Positions 32,907 to 43,628 are shown, counted from the stretch's first letter. The stretch is DNA of 64,000 nucleotides from Escherichia coli (GCF_001677475.2 NZ_CP015229.1), one strand, 5' to 3'. The notes: generated by a model not told the origin, from the letters alone. Numbers and translations: made by a program.

Positions 32907-33875
32907 ATGGAGAATGTTCGGTTCTTGCAAGGAGTGAAACAATATTTTTGTACTAAGGCATTAGATGTCATTCTGCTAATTTATCTACTCCTTGGTTTTA
33001 TACTTCTCCCTTATAAATATCTGTGGAAAGATATTATTTTATCTCTGTGCTTTGTTGGTATTCTTCTTTATGCATTAGTGGAAGAAAATCGCATTACAGA
33101 ATATATGGGGTATTTTGTCAAGTTCAGTAATAAAAACAGTTTGAATAGTTGTGCTGCCTGGTGTTCACTTATTGCATGGTTTATATTTTTGTTTTTTGTG
33201 CTTTCAATTAATATTTTTCCAGTCAGTGTCTCTGTATACGTTTTTAGTGCTTTTTCAGTATTTGTTTTTCTGGGAGGTGTTTTTATTATATTAGAGTTGG
33301 AATTTAAAAATAATAAAAAATTAATGATTATTAGGTCTATGACTTTAGCTGTCATACCAATTATATATTTATTCTCAAGTAGTTTTTCTTCCAGTTTATT
33401 TTTAAGTTTGAGTAATCTAAATATCACACTATCACCATGGGTTGAGTATTTCTGGAAAGGGATGGCTTTTTTGTTTCTTTTCTTCATGTTAATGCAACTT
33501 ATTATCTATTTTACTTTTTTAACTCTGTGGGCTAAATTAAGTGTGTACAGGTTGTTTATACTTGCCGGAGCATTTATAGCATCTACTATTTTAGTGGTTT
33601 TTGCTTCAAAAAACGTAGAGAGTATTTCGTACTACGTTTTAAAAAGTACTATAGATTTTGAATGGCGCAGTCAGGTTAAATGTGGACAGTTGAATATTTC
33701 ACATCCGGATGAAAGGTATTTCGGGTTTAATACCGATAAATATACTGTATTTTATTCCAATAGAGAGGGTAAATGGGGGTTCAATGAGTTGAAATGTAAG
33801 AAAGGTTCTGACAGGAGAGATGCATATTCCATTGAGAATGTCTCAGAATATAACGTGCCAGGATGGCTGAAATAA
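32907..33875 (+). CDS. Uncharacterized AT-rich polytopic membrane protein (about 6-7 TM) with about 85-aa soluble C-terminal domain; sits where K-12 has mrr
   Basis: Track ORF 32874..33875 starts at TTG; preferred start ATG 32907 with AAGGA SD 5 nt upstream. Strongly hydrophobic N-terminal 240 aa, hydrophilic C-terminus; visibly AT-rich; no recognisable catalytic motif. Confidence 0.6.
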   Translation: MENVRFLQGVKQYFCTKALDVILLIYLLLGFILLPYKYLWKDIILSLCFVGILLYALVEENRITEYMGYFVKFSNKNSLNSCAAWCSLIAWFIFLFFVLSINIFPVSVSVYVFSAFSVFVFLGGVFIILELEFKNNKKLMIIRSMTLAVIPIIYLFSSSFSSSLFLSLSNLNITLSPWVEYFWKGMAFLFLFFMLMQLIIYFTFLTLWAKLSVYRLFILAGAFIASTILVVFASKNVESISYYVLKSTIDFEWRSQVKCGQLNISHPDERYFGFNTDKYTVFYSNREGKWGFNELKCKKGSDRRDAYSIENVSEYNVPGWLK

Positions 33876-33914
33876 GTTATCTTTATAATTAAATCGTAAA
33901 GGTTCTGGACATAA

Positions 33915-34106
33915 ATGAGCATGGTTAAACATAAACGGGGCACACTCTACACACTTGATGTGCAGCAAGAAGCTGAACTCAAGGCTTTGGTTAATAAATC
34001 CGACGATTATATTGATTACAGCGATATTCCTGCGTCTGGTAGCGATGCATGGGCTGACGCCAAACGCAGCAATTTTTTGCCAAATCCAGGTATTCACGCG
34101 CAATAA
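33915..34106 (+). CDS. Small BrnA/DUF4415-like protein (possibly truncated antitoxin-like remnant)
   Basis: 63-aa ORF 40 nt after the membrane-protein stop; motif IDYSDIPASGSDAWADAKR resembles the DUF4415/BrnA signature; no ribbon-helix-helix tail and no BrnT-like partner seen. Confidence 0.4.
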   Translation: MSMVKHKRGTLYTLDVQQEAELKALVNKSDDYIDYSDIPASGSDAWADAKRSNFLPNPGIHAQ

Positions 34107-34185
34107 AACTTAGCGGAGGGGAGCTCGTCGTTCTGCTTCCCCCTCACTGCTAAATGGGGCATTGAACTGCTTTACACTCAACCTT

Positions 34186-35148
34186 TCACGCAGACTTCCT
34201 CAACCCCGCAAACGCCGCCCGAATCTCATCCTCCGGCAGCTGAATCCCGATAAACACCATCGTGCTATGCGGTTTTTCATCGCCCCACGGGCGGTCCCAG
34301 TCGGCGCTGTAGAGGCGCTGGACGCCCTGGAACAGCAGGCGGTTAGGTTCGCCGTCAATCCATAGCATCCCTTTGTAACGCAGCAGTTTATCCGCCGACT
34401 CCAGCAGCAGGTTTTCCATCACCCGGGAAACTTCGCTGATATCTACCGGGTAATCCAGTTCCACCACAATCGACGAAATATCGTTTTGTTTATCCGCGAT
34501 AAAGTGAAAACGTGGCTTGGTGCTGACGACGTTCTCTTCCAGCATAAAACCGTTGGTGTTGAACAGCAGGCCCAGGTCGATGTCGCCGTGGGTGACGGTG
34601 TAGACCGGTGCGCGGGCGTTGATGCGCGCCAGGCGTTCACGCAGTTTCTCTGCTTCGCCTGCGACGTCGGTTTTAGTCAGCAGAATACGGTCGGCGTAGC
34701 CAACCTGGGACTGGGCGATGGTGAACTGGTTCATCTGCTCATCGGCATGTACCGCATCCACCAGCGCAATCACGCCGTCCAGCAGGTAGCGCTGGCATAA
34801 AATCTCATGGGAGAAAAAGGTCTGAATAATCGGGCCGGGATCGGCCATGCCGGTGCATTCAATGACCAGACGGTCGAACTGAATATTGCCCTTGTCGAGA
34901 TTATCCAGCAGGTCGAGTAGCGCGTCTTCCAGCTCGTTGGAGCGCGAACAGCAGATGCAGCCGTTGGTCAGCGTTTTGATCTGCGTGGCGCGGTCGCCAA
35001 TCAGTTGATCATCAACGGAGACTTCGCCGAATTCGTTTTCAATCACGGCAATCTTGTAGCCGTGTTGTTCGTTAAGAATATGGCGCAACAGGGTGGTTTT
35101 GCCCGCGCCTAAAAAACCGGTGAGTAGGGTAACTGCAATCGGGTTCAT
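34186..35148 (-). CDS. yjiA: CobW/P47K-family GTPase YjiA
   Basis: Translation from ATG 35148, MNPIAVTLLTGFLGAGKTTLLRHILNEQHGYKIAVIENEFGE... (P-loop GTPase). Confidence 0.9.
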   Translation of the reverse strand: MNPIAVTLLTGFLGAGKTTLLRHILNEQHGYKIAVIENEFGEVSVDDQLIGDRATQIKTLTNGCICCSRSNELEDALLDLLDNLDKGNIQFDRLVIECTGMADPGPIIQTFFSHEILCQRYLLDGVIALVDAVHADEQMNQFTIAQSQVGYADRILLTKTDVAGEAEKLRERLARINARAPVYTVTHGDIDLGLLFNTNGFMLEENVVSTKPRFHFIADKQNDISSIVVELDYPVDISEVSRVMENLLLESADKLLRYKGMLWIDGEPNRLLFQGVQRLYSADWDRPWGDEKPHSTMVFIGIQLPEDEIRAAFAGLRKSA

Positions 35149-35158
35149 GCTCTCTCCA

Positions 35159-35362
35159 TTAACAACAGCGCATACCGCCTTTACCATCGCCGCCGTAGCG
35201 CGCGTTCTGGCGTTCGCGGAAGAATTCTTCATAGCTCATGTACGGCTTGTCGGGATGGTTGGTCTTCATATGCTCGACGTAGTTGTCGTAGTCTGGAATG
35301 CCAATCAACATCTTCGCCGCCTGGCCGAGATATTTTTTTGCCTGTCCTAAGTTACCAAACAT
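35159..35362 (-). CDS. yjiX: DUF466 small protein YjiX (BtsT-associated)
   Basis: 67-aa product [67 protein letters not shown]; the track ORF is longer only because it reads through the upstream REP. Confidence 0.85.
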
Positions 35363-35410
35363 TTTGCCTTCCAGATATGCGTAAAGCCCGGAAGGTCCGG
35401 GCTGGGGATT

Positions 35411-35488
35411 TGCCGGATGCGGCGTACACGCCTTATCCGGCCTACGATAGACACTTTGTAGGCCGGATACGCGCAGCGCATCCGGCAA
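35411..35488. repeat. REP element pair between btsT and yjiX
   Basis: gccggatgcggcgtacacgccttatccggcctac ... gtaggccggatacgcgcagcgcatccggca. Confidence 0.75.
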
Positions 35489-35492
35489 CCGG

Positions 35493-37643
35493 TTAGTGGT
35501 GCGAAGAGATCTTCACGCCGCCTTCCGGGATTGGAACGTACGGCGTTTCTTTGTCAGTACGTTTGTCGCTGTTACGCACCTTCAGCCAGGTTTTGAAACC
35601 GTAGAAGATGATGCTGTACACCACAATCAGGAACAGAATACTCAGGCCTGCGTTGGTGTAGTTGTTCACAACGATGTGGTTCATGTTGGCAATCTGCTGC
35701 GCCGTCAGGTCAGTACCGTTAGCAATCTTCTCTTTGTACTGGCTTGCCATGTAGAAGAAGCCTTCCATCTGCGGGTTGGTGCTGAACAGTTTCAGACCCA
35801 GCGCCCAGGTGGTGCAGATAAGCAGCCATACCGCCGGAACAACAGTTACCCAGATGTATTGGGTGCGCTTCATCTTAATCAGCACAACGGTGCCCAGAAC
35901 CAGCGCTACGGCTGCCAGCATCTGGTTGGAGATACCGAACAGCGGCCACAGGCTCTTAACGCCGCCCAGCGGATCGACCACGCCCTGATACAGCAGGTAG
36001 CCCCACAGACCCACACAGCCCGCTGTACCGATGATACCGGCAACCAGAGAGTCGGTTTTTTTCAGGAACGGGATGAAGTTACCCAGCAGGTCTTGCAGCA
36101 TAAAGCGGCCAGAACGGGTACCGGCATCCAGCGCGGTCAGGATGAACAGGGCTTCGAACAGGATACCGAAGTGATACCAGAAGCCCATGTCAGCCATCGG
36201 CAGCACTTTGTGGAATACATGAGCGATACCTACCGCCAGCGTCGGCGCACCACCTGCACGGTTCAGGACAGAAGGCTCACCAATGTCTTTCGCGGTTTGC
36301 AGGATCTGCTCTGGCGAAATCACGAAGCCCCAGGAGCTGACAGTCGCCGCCGCGTGTGCGGTAACGTCTTTCAGCTGCGCCATGATGATTGGCGCGTTCT
36401 CGCCACCCATTTCATGCAGGTTAGGCATGGTGATGCCGAGGCCAGCAGGCGGGGTGTTCATCGCGAAGTAAAGACCCGGTTCGATGATGGACGCAGCAAC
36501 CAGCGCCATAATCGCCACGAAGGACTCCATCAGCATTGCGCCGTAGCCGATGAAACGCGCATCGGTTTCGTTAGCCAGCAGTTTCGGCGTCGTACCGGAA
36601 GAGATCAGCGCGTGGAAGCCAGATACCGCACCACAGGCGATGGTGATGAACAGGAACGGGAACAGAGCGCCTTTCCACAGCGGGCCAGTACCATCAATGT
36701 ACTGAGTCATCGCAGGCATTTTCAGTTCCGGGTTCAGCACCACGATACCCAGCGCCAGGCCGACGATAACGCCGATTTTCAGGAAGGTTGCCAGATAGTC
36801 GCGCGGTGCGAGGATCAGCCACACCGGCAGCAGTGCGGAAACAAACGCATAGCCAATCAGCGCGAAGGTAATGGTGGTGTCTTTAAAGGTCAGTGCCGGA
36901 CCCCAGTACGGATCGTGAGCAATCACGCCACCGAAGTAGATAGAGGCAACCAGCAGCACGATACCAATGACAGAGACTTCACCTACACGCCCCGGACGAA
37001 TAAAGCGCATGTAGATACCCATAAACAGCGCAATCGGTACGGTTGAGCAAACGGTGAAGACACCCCACGGACTTTCGGCCAGGGCTTTAACCACAATCAG
37101 CGCCAGGACGGCAAGGATGATGATCATGATTAAGAAACAGCCAAACAGCGCGATAGTCCCCGGTACTGGTCCCATCTCTTCTTTGATCATCTCACCGAGA
37201 GATGCGCCGTTACGGCGAGAGGAGATAAACAGCACCATAAAGTCCTGTACCGCACCGGCCAGCACTACCCCCGCCAGCAGCCACAGCGTGCCAGGCAGGT
37301 AGCCCATCTGCGCGGCGAGCACCGGACCAACCAGCGGACCGGCACCGGCGATAGCGGCGAAGTGGTGACCAAACAACACGTAACGGTTGGTCGGAACGTA
37401 GTTCAGACCGTCGTTGTTAATAACCGCAGGCGTCGCGCGCGTGGGGTCGAGTTTCATCACCTTCTGGGCGATGTACAGACTGTAGTAGCGATACGCCACC
37501 AGATACACCGACACAGAGGCGACCACGATCCACAGGGCGCTGACGTGCTCCCCCCGACGTAATGCAACTACCGCGAGGCAGAATGCACCGATGATTCCGA
37601 GAATCACCCAGGGTATGTGCTTGAATAGTTTTTTCGTATCCAT
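35493..37643 (-). CDS. btsT: Pyruvate/H+ symporter BtsT (CstA family)
   Basis: Translation from ATG 37643, [43 protein letters not shown]...; large CstA-type polytopic transporter. Confidence 0.9.
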
Positions 37644-37922
37644 AGTAAAACCTGGCATTTTACTCGTCGTCTTTTGGCTTACAGGTGCGACAGCTGCATT
37701 TGTTCACCTCTGTCACTTACTGTTGTAAGCTCCCGGGGATTCACTCACTTGCTGCCTTCCTGCAAACCAAAATCCATTGAGTAATTTGTTAATCATAGGC
37801 CGAAGCCGTTCTAGGTTTGCGTTGCGTTTGAGGAGGTAAATTGACCGCTATCCTGCAGTGATGTTGCCAGAGTTACGCGCGCGTAAAGTAAGGTAAATAA
37901 CTGAGTGGTTATTTTAGGGACG

Positions 37923-37950
37923 TAAGCGGTCAGGAATGGCGGTGAGCGGT
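37923..37950 (-). promoter_or_regulatory. BtsR (YehT/LytTR) direct-repeat operator in the btsT promoter
   Basis: On the btsT strand: ACCGCTCA-N12-ACCGCTTA, two perfect matches to the ACC(G/A)CT(C/T)A repeat reported for YehT binding; about 280 nt upstream of the btsT ATG. Confidence 0.6.
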
Positions 37951-38002
37951 TGGGCAAGAATTATTCATCGGGTGGATATGTGATTGAGATCACAATAAAA
38001 AT

Positions 38003-38030
38003 GCCCCTTCGACGAATACGTGAAGGGGCT
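38003..38030 (-). terminator. Intrinsic terminator after hpaC
   Basis: gccccttc-loop-gaaggggc hairpin, followed on the minus strand by ATTTTTATT. Confidence 0.7.
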
Positions 38031-38035
38031 GGAGC

Positions 38036-38548
38036 TTAAATCGCAGCTTCCATTTCCAGCATCACCGGATGGAAACGGCGTTTAAAGTAGATAAGTCCGT
38101 GACCTTCTGCACTGAGGATGATGTTTTTAATCTCCACCAGATACACCAGATGTGTGCCAATTGCCTGCACATCGCGGATCTCACCTTCAAGACTGGCCAG
38201 CGAACCTTTCAGCACCGGCTGCGCCAGCGGACCTTTTTGCCAGCATGAGAGGCTAAAACGCTCTTCCATCGCCATGCCTGTCATGCCCGCGAAGTGGCGT
38301 GCCATCAGTTCCTGCTCATGGTTGAGGACGTTGACGCACAACTTGCCGTTGCCCTGAAAAACCGGGTTCATCGCACTGTTGGCGTTAATGCACACCATCA
38401 GCGACGGTGGTGTATCCGTGACCGAGCAGACAGCCGTTGCCGTAATCCCGCATTGTCCGGCGTCGCCCTCGGTGGTGATAATATTTACCGCTGCCGACAG
38501 GCTGGCCATCGCGTCACGAAAGCGCAGGCGTTGTTCATCTAATTGCAT
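38036..38548 (-). CDS. hpaC: 4-hydroxyphenylacetate 3-monooxygenase, flavin reductase component
   Basis: 170-aa product MQLDEQRLRFRDAMASLSAAVNIITTEG... from ATG 38548 with GGAGG SD. Confidence 0.9.
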   Translation of the reverse strand: MQLDEQRLRFRDAMASLSAAVNIITTEGDAGQCGITATAVCSVTDTPPSLMVCINANSAMNPVFQGNGKLCVNVLNHEQELMARHFAGMTGMAMEERFSLSCWQKGPLAQPVLKGSLASLEGEIRDVQAIGTHLVYLVEIKNIILSAEGHGLIYFKRRFHPVMLEMEAAI

Positions 38549-38565
38549 CTTAACCTCCTGCTGCA

Positions 38566-40128
38566 TTATTTCAGCAGCTTATCCAGCATGTTGATATCGT
38601 CGTTGTTGTGCAGGTGCGGCACAGTCCAGCCGTTCTGGTCGTATTCCGACAGGCAGCGATCAACCATCGCCATCATCTTGTCCATATTGCCGGAGCTTTG
38701 TGCCTGGCGCAGACATTGCAGGCGAATCTCATCCTGGCTACCGGAGTAGTTGATTTCATACAGTTCGTGACGACCACCAAATTCGCTGCCAATGGCATCC
38801 CACATCAGTTTGAGGATCTTGATGCGCTGGACGTGATCCATACCATTCGAACCGCGCACATACTTCGCCAGATACTGGTCGATCTGCGGATTGTTCAGGT
38901 CACGGGCACTGGAAGGGAGATAGATCAGGCCACTGGTAACGTTGCGTTCGATAATGTTTTTGATCTTCGCGTAGGCCATTGGTGCCAGTACGCGATAGGT
39001 TTGCAGTGCGGCATGATCCGGTAAATAAGCCCCGTTGACCCACGGCGTCGCTTCAGAACACATCGAGTCACTCAATGCCCAGAAGGTGTTGCGCCACGCC
39101 ACCACTTCACCGAGATCGGCCTGCACACCACGGAACTCCAGGGTGCCGGTACATTCGAGTGATTTTTTCAGCAGTGCCGTAATGAAGTCTAATTTCACTG
39201 CCAGGCGCACACAGGCTTGCAGCGGATACATACGGGCAAAACCACCTTCCATTGTCCAGCGACGGCAGCGATCGAAATCGCGGTAGATCAGTACGTTTTC
39301 CCATGGGATCAGCACGTTATCCATCACCAGAATCGCATCGTTCTCATCAAAGCGGCTGGAGAGCGGGTAGTCGTACGGCGAGCCGGTAGCACCCGCGACC
39401 ATCTCATAAGAGGCGCGGGAGATTAATTTCACGCCATCGGCATCCATTGGCGCAACGAACATCAGTGCGAAGTCCGGGTTTTCGCCCATCACTTGTGCCG
39501 AGCCGAAGCCAATCATGTTGTAGTGAGTCAGCGCCGAGTTGGTGGCAACCACTTTCGCACCGCTGACGATAATCCCGGCGTCAGTCTCTTTTTCCAGCTT
39601 GATGTAAACGTCTTTCACTTTATCGGTCGGCAAATGACGATCGATCGGTGGGTTAACAATCGCGTGGTTAAAGTAGAGGCCAGTTTCCTGAATACGGGTG
39701 TACCAGTTACGGGCGTTCTGCTCGAACTGACCGTAAAAGCCCGGATTCGCGCCCAGTGCGCAACCGAAAGCAGCTTTGTAGTCTGGGGTACGGCCCATCC
39801 AGCCATAGCTCAGGCGTGACCACTCAGCGATGGCGTCGCGTTGCTGGCGCAGGTCGTCGGCACTTTTCGCCACGCGGAAGAATTTATGGGTATAGCCGCC
39901 GCTGCCGGTGTCGGTGTTCCAACACAGAGAGTCCTGCATCTCCGGTTTGTGTAGCGCGTCGTACAGTTGGGCAACAGACGCTGCCGCATTACGAAATGCC
40001 GGATGAGTGGTGACGTCTTTCACTCGCTCGCCGTAGATATAGATCTCGCGACCATCCTGCAGGCTTTTCAGATACTCTTCCCCGGTGAACGGACGTTGGG
40101 TACTGGCGCGGAAATCTTCTGGTTTCAT
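38566..40128 (-). CDS. hpaB: 4-hydroxyphenylacetate 3-monooxygenase, oxygenase component
   Basis: 520-aa ORF recognised as HpaB (MKPEDFRASTQRPFTGEEYLKSLQDGREIYIYGERVKDVTTHPAFRNAA...). Confidence 0.9.
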   Translation of the reverse strand: MKPEDFRASTQRPFTGEEYLKSLQDGREIYIYGERVKDVTTHPAFRNAAASVAQLYDALHKPEMQDSLCWNTDTGSGGYTHKFFRVAKSADDLRQQRDAIAEWSRLSYGWMGRTPDYKAAFGCALGANPGFYGQFEQNARNWYTRIQETGLYFNHAIVNPPIDRHLPTDKVKDVYIKLEKETDAGIIVSGAKVVATNSALTHYNMIGFGSAQVMGENPDFALMFVAPMDADGVKLISRASYEMVAGATGSPYDYPLSSRFDENDAILVMDNVLIPWENVLIYRDFDRCRRWTMEGGFARMYPLQACVRLAVKLDFITALLKKSLECTGTLEFRGVQADLGEVVAWRNTFWALSDSMCSEATPWVNGAYLPDHAALQTYRVLAPMAYAKIKNIIERNVTSGLIYLPSSARDLNNPQIDQYLAKYVRGSNGMDHVQRIKILKLMWDAIGSEFGGRHELYEINYSGSQDEIRLQCLRQAQSSGNMDKMMAMVDRCLSEYDQNGWTVPHLHNNDDINMLDKLLK

Positions 40129-40378
40129 GTCGACCTCTACAGTATTAATCGGAATACGATTGTTAATTTTGTGTGTTGTTTTTGTTATTCAATTGAAGCT
40201 TGCAGAGGCGATTACGGGAAGACACTTTTGGGACAATGGCTGGTACTTTTCAGGTCGGGTACGGTTTTGTGATCGAGGTCGCTTTTAGCAATTTTTGACG
40301 TTACTAAATCCCCTTGCTCCAGGCGGAGAAAGGGGAATAGCAGGTGGTGCCTGGTTTCCCGTTAAGGCTAAGGGATTT

Positions 40379-41269
40379 TCACGTCACAGGTACTTTTTTG
40401 GCACGATAAGCACTGGGCGAGCAACCGACTAAGCGATTAAAAAAGCGGGCAAAATAAGCCGGATCTTTAAAACCGAGTTGCCAGGCAATATTGTTCACGG
40501 CGTTATCAGAAAACAGCAGCAGCCGCTTGGCTTCTCGCAGCTGCCTGTCGAAAATCAACCGTTTTGGCGGACGGTTGGCAAAGCGGCGGCAGATGTCGGT
40601 GAGGCGTGATTCGGTGATATGCAGTTCGTTAGCGTAATCCGGTACTGTCCAGTGCTGATGAAAATGGCTTTCAATCAGCATATTAAAACGCTGGAACAGT
40701 TTTAATTCTCCGCGCATTCCGCTGGCGGCATGGTCGTCGAGTTTTGCGTTACGCAGCAGTAGGGTGAACACTGCCTGTGCCAGTAACGTCAGGGTGTGTT
40801 CCCGTCCAGGCAGTTGTTCCACCGATTCCCGCTCTATCAGTTGCCAATAGTGTTCCAGCGCCGCCAGTTCGTCGGGTTTATCTGCCAGTGACAGGCAAAT
40901 CCCCGGGAGGCCGAAGGTTTCCCGAGTGCCCGGATAAAGAACTTCCAGCAGGGGCCAGATCAGATCTTCCCGTACCGTCAATACATGACCGTCGGCGTCA
41001 GACTCCGTAATAAACGCATGAGGTACTGACGGCGGCGTCAGGACAAACAGGGGCGCTTCCACCGAGTAACGATGATCGTCAAGCTGTAGCTCAATCTGTC
41101 CGCTATTGAGGAAATGCATCTGAAAGTACTGTTCGTGGCGATGTGGCAGCATATGGCGGCCAAAAAATGCCGCCATGCGGGCGAACGACTGATAATGCAC
41201 ATCGTCCGTGCCCAGGCTTTCATCGTACTCTTTGCTGATATCAATATTGGCAATCTGAGGGTCACACAT
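40379..41269 (-). CDS. hpaA: AraC-family activator of hpaBC
   Basis: 296-aa ORF, C-terminal AraC HTH; position between hpaX and hpaB. Confidence 0.85.
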   Translation of the reverse strand: MCDPQIANIDISKEYDESLGTDDVHYQSFARMAAFFGRHMLPHRHEQYFQMHFLNSGQIELQLDDHRYSVEAPLFVLTPPSVPHAFITESDADGHVLTVREDLIWPLLEVLYPGTRETFGLPGICLSLADKPDELAALEHYWQLIERESVEQLPGREHTLTLLAQAVFTLLLRNAKLDDHAASGMRGELKLFQRFNMLIESHFHQHWTVPDYANELHITESRLTDICRRFANRPPKRLIFDRQLREAKRLLLFSDNAVNNIAWQLGFKDPAYFARFFNRLVGCSPSAYRAKKVPVT

Positions 41270-41278
41270 CGTCGTTCC

Positions 41279-42655
41279 TTACGGGGTCGCTCGCGGACGG
41301 GAGGACTGCATTGGAATCGCCCAGATAATCCCCGCACCAATCACCAGCAGCGCGGCAACAAACCACAATCCACTGTTAAAGCTGCCGGTCAGATCTTTCA
41401 ACCAGCCGATCATAAACGGACTTAACGCTGAACCAATGTTGCCAGTGGCGTTGATCACCGCAATACCGATCGCTCGTGCCCGCAGGCTGATGGATTGATC
41501 CGGTGTTGTCCAGAAAATCGCCATTGCGCTGAATGATCCGGTCGAAGCCATAATGATCCCCAGCATCTGGATCATGTTGTGATCAGTTGCCGAAGCCAGT
41601 AACCAACCAGCGGCAGCGAACAAATAAGGAAGGGCGGTGTGATGCCTTCGTTCCTGGCGGCGATCTGAGTGACGGCTCCAGTAGATCATCCCGAGAATGG
41701 TACAAATCTGCGGTACGGCGGCCAGCAGGCCGATGGTGATATTACTGCTGCCCTGATTAAAACTTTGCAGGATCTGCGGTGTCCAGATGCTGATCGCACT
41801 AAGTGTGTTGGTCAGGCAGAAATACGCCAGGGTATACATCATCACCACCGGAGTGAAGATCTCCCGCCACATACTGCGTTGTTGCATGGCGTGGTGGCTG
41901 ATGGCTCCCTCTGGCTGAACCAGCTTCAGACGATCGTTATCCATCATCTCTTGCAGGCATTTTTTGTCTTCTTTCGTCAGCCACTTAGCTTTGTCCGGTG
42001 AGTCATCAAGCCAGAACCACACCATGACGCCGAGTAATACCGACGGGAAGCCTTCCAGCAAAAACAGCCACTGCCAGCCTTTTAATGCCATTACACCATC
42101 CAGCGACAAAATGTAGCCGGAAACGATCGAGCCCAACGCTGTCGTTACCGGCATTGCTACCATAAACAAGGCGTTGGCACGGGCGCGGAAGTAGGCCGGA
42201 AACCAGAAGGTTAAATAGAGCAGAATGCCAGGCAGAAAGCCGGCTTCGGTAATGCCAACCAGTATACGCAGTACGTATAAGCTGGTGGGGCCAGTGGCAA
42301 ACATGGTAGCAGTAGAGGCGATGCCCCAAAGCACCATGATGGTGGCGATCCAGCGCCGCGCACCGACAATACTCAGCATAATGTTGCTGGGAATGCCGAA
42401 GATGACATAAGCGGCATAGAACAGGGTGGTAGCTAGGCCAAACATGGTGGCGCTCAGACCGAGATCGCGTCCCATCGTTAGTCCGGCAAAGCCGATGTTG
42501 ATGCGATCAAGGAACGAGAAGATAAACAGCACGAACAGAAAGACGATCAGGCGGCGAAATAGCTTCTTAATAACCGCCTGTTGTCCGGCAGTCAGCGCTT
42601 TATGCTGATTCGCCGGATCGATACTCTCCGGTATGGCAGGTGAGGTGTCGCTCAT
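41279..42655 (-). CDS. hpaX: 4-hydroxyphenylacetate permease (MFS)
   Basis: Translation from ATG 42655, MSDTSPAIPESIDPANQHKALTAGQQAVIKK...; 12-TM MFS. Confidence 0.85.
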   Translation of the reverse strand: MSDTSPAIPESIDPANQHKALTAGQQAVIKKLFRRLIVFLFVLFIFSFLDRINIGFAGLTMGRDLGLSATMFGLATTLFYAAYVIFGIPSNIMLSIVGARRWIATIMVLWGIASTATMFATGPTSLYVLRILVGITEAGFLPGILLYLTFWFPAYFRARANALFMVAMPVTTALGSIVSGYILSLDGVMALKGWQWLFLLEGFPSVLLGVMVWFWLDDSPDKAKWLTKEDKKCLQEMMDNDRLKLVQPEGAISHHAMQQRSMWREIFTPVVMMYTLAYFCLTNTLSAISIWTPQILQSFNQGSSNITIGLLAAVPQICTILGMIYWSRHSDRRQERRHHTALPYLFAAAGWLLASATDHNMIQMLGIIMASTGSFSAMAIFWTTPDQSISLRARAIGIAVINATGNIGSALSPFMIGWLKDLTGSFNSGLWFVAALLVIGAGIIWAIPMQSSRPRATP

Positions 42656-42699
42656 TTTTCTTCCTCTAATGGGATTTTTGTAGGGTACGACAAGGTTTA

Positions 42700-42829
<130 letters not shown>

Positions 42830-43618
42830 TTAATACACGCCGGGCTTCACGGCGGTGGCCTGCGCACCAAACCGTGCTGCCAGCGCTTCGGCGGCGCGGG
42901 CGAGCAGGGTGGTGTCAACGCCGACGGCGACAAACAGCGCGCCCAGTTCCAGATAGCGTTTTGCCAGTTGCTCATTGGCGATCAGGATCCCCGGTGCTTT
43001 GCCCGCTTCGCGGATCTGCACGATCGCCTGCTCAATAGCGGCCTGTACTTCCGGGTGCTGCGGATTACCGGCATAACCCATATCGGCGCTCAGATCCGCC
43101 GGGCCGATAAACACGCCGTCTACTCCTTCCACGTCCAGAATCTGCGGTAAGTTCTTCATTGCCTCACGCGTTTCGATCTGCACCAGCACGCACATTTGAT
43201 CGTTGGCTTTTTGTAGGTAATCAGGAATACGATTCCAGCGCGAGGCGCGGGCCAGCGCACTGCCCACACCGCGAATACCGGCGGGGGGATAACGGGTGGC
43301 GCGTACCGCTTCACGGGCTTCGTCGGCGTTTTGTACCATCGGCACCAGTAAGGTTTGTGTGCCGACGTCCAGCAGTTGTTTGATTTGCACCGGATCGTTC
43401 CACGACGGACGCACTACCGGCTGGCTGGGGTAGGGCGCAATCGCCTGTAGCTGGGTGAGCACGGTTTGCACGTTATTCGGCGCGTGCTCACCGTCGATCA
43501 ACAACCAGTCGAATCCTGCTCCGGCCAGTAACTCTGCGCTGTAGCTGCTACTCAGCCCCAGCCATAATCCGATCTGCGGGCGGCCTGCTTTCAGCGCCGC
43601 TTTAAAACTGTTTTCCAT
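42830..43618 (-). CDS. hpaI: 2,4-dihydroxyhept-2-ene-1,7-dioate aldolase
   Basis: Translation from ATG 43618, [48 protein letters not shown]... Confidence 0.9.
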
Positions 43619-43628
43619 CGTTCTCTCC

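Noticed and set aside
35496-37046. 516-aa plus-strand ORF antisense to btsT
   Set aside because: Lies entirely inside the well-supported btsT gene on the opposite strand; R/H/Q-rich low-complexity translation typical of a GC-rich antisense frame; no SD or recognisable domain.
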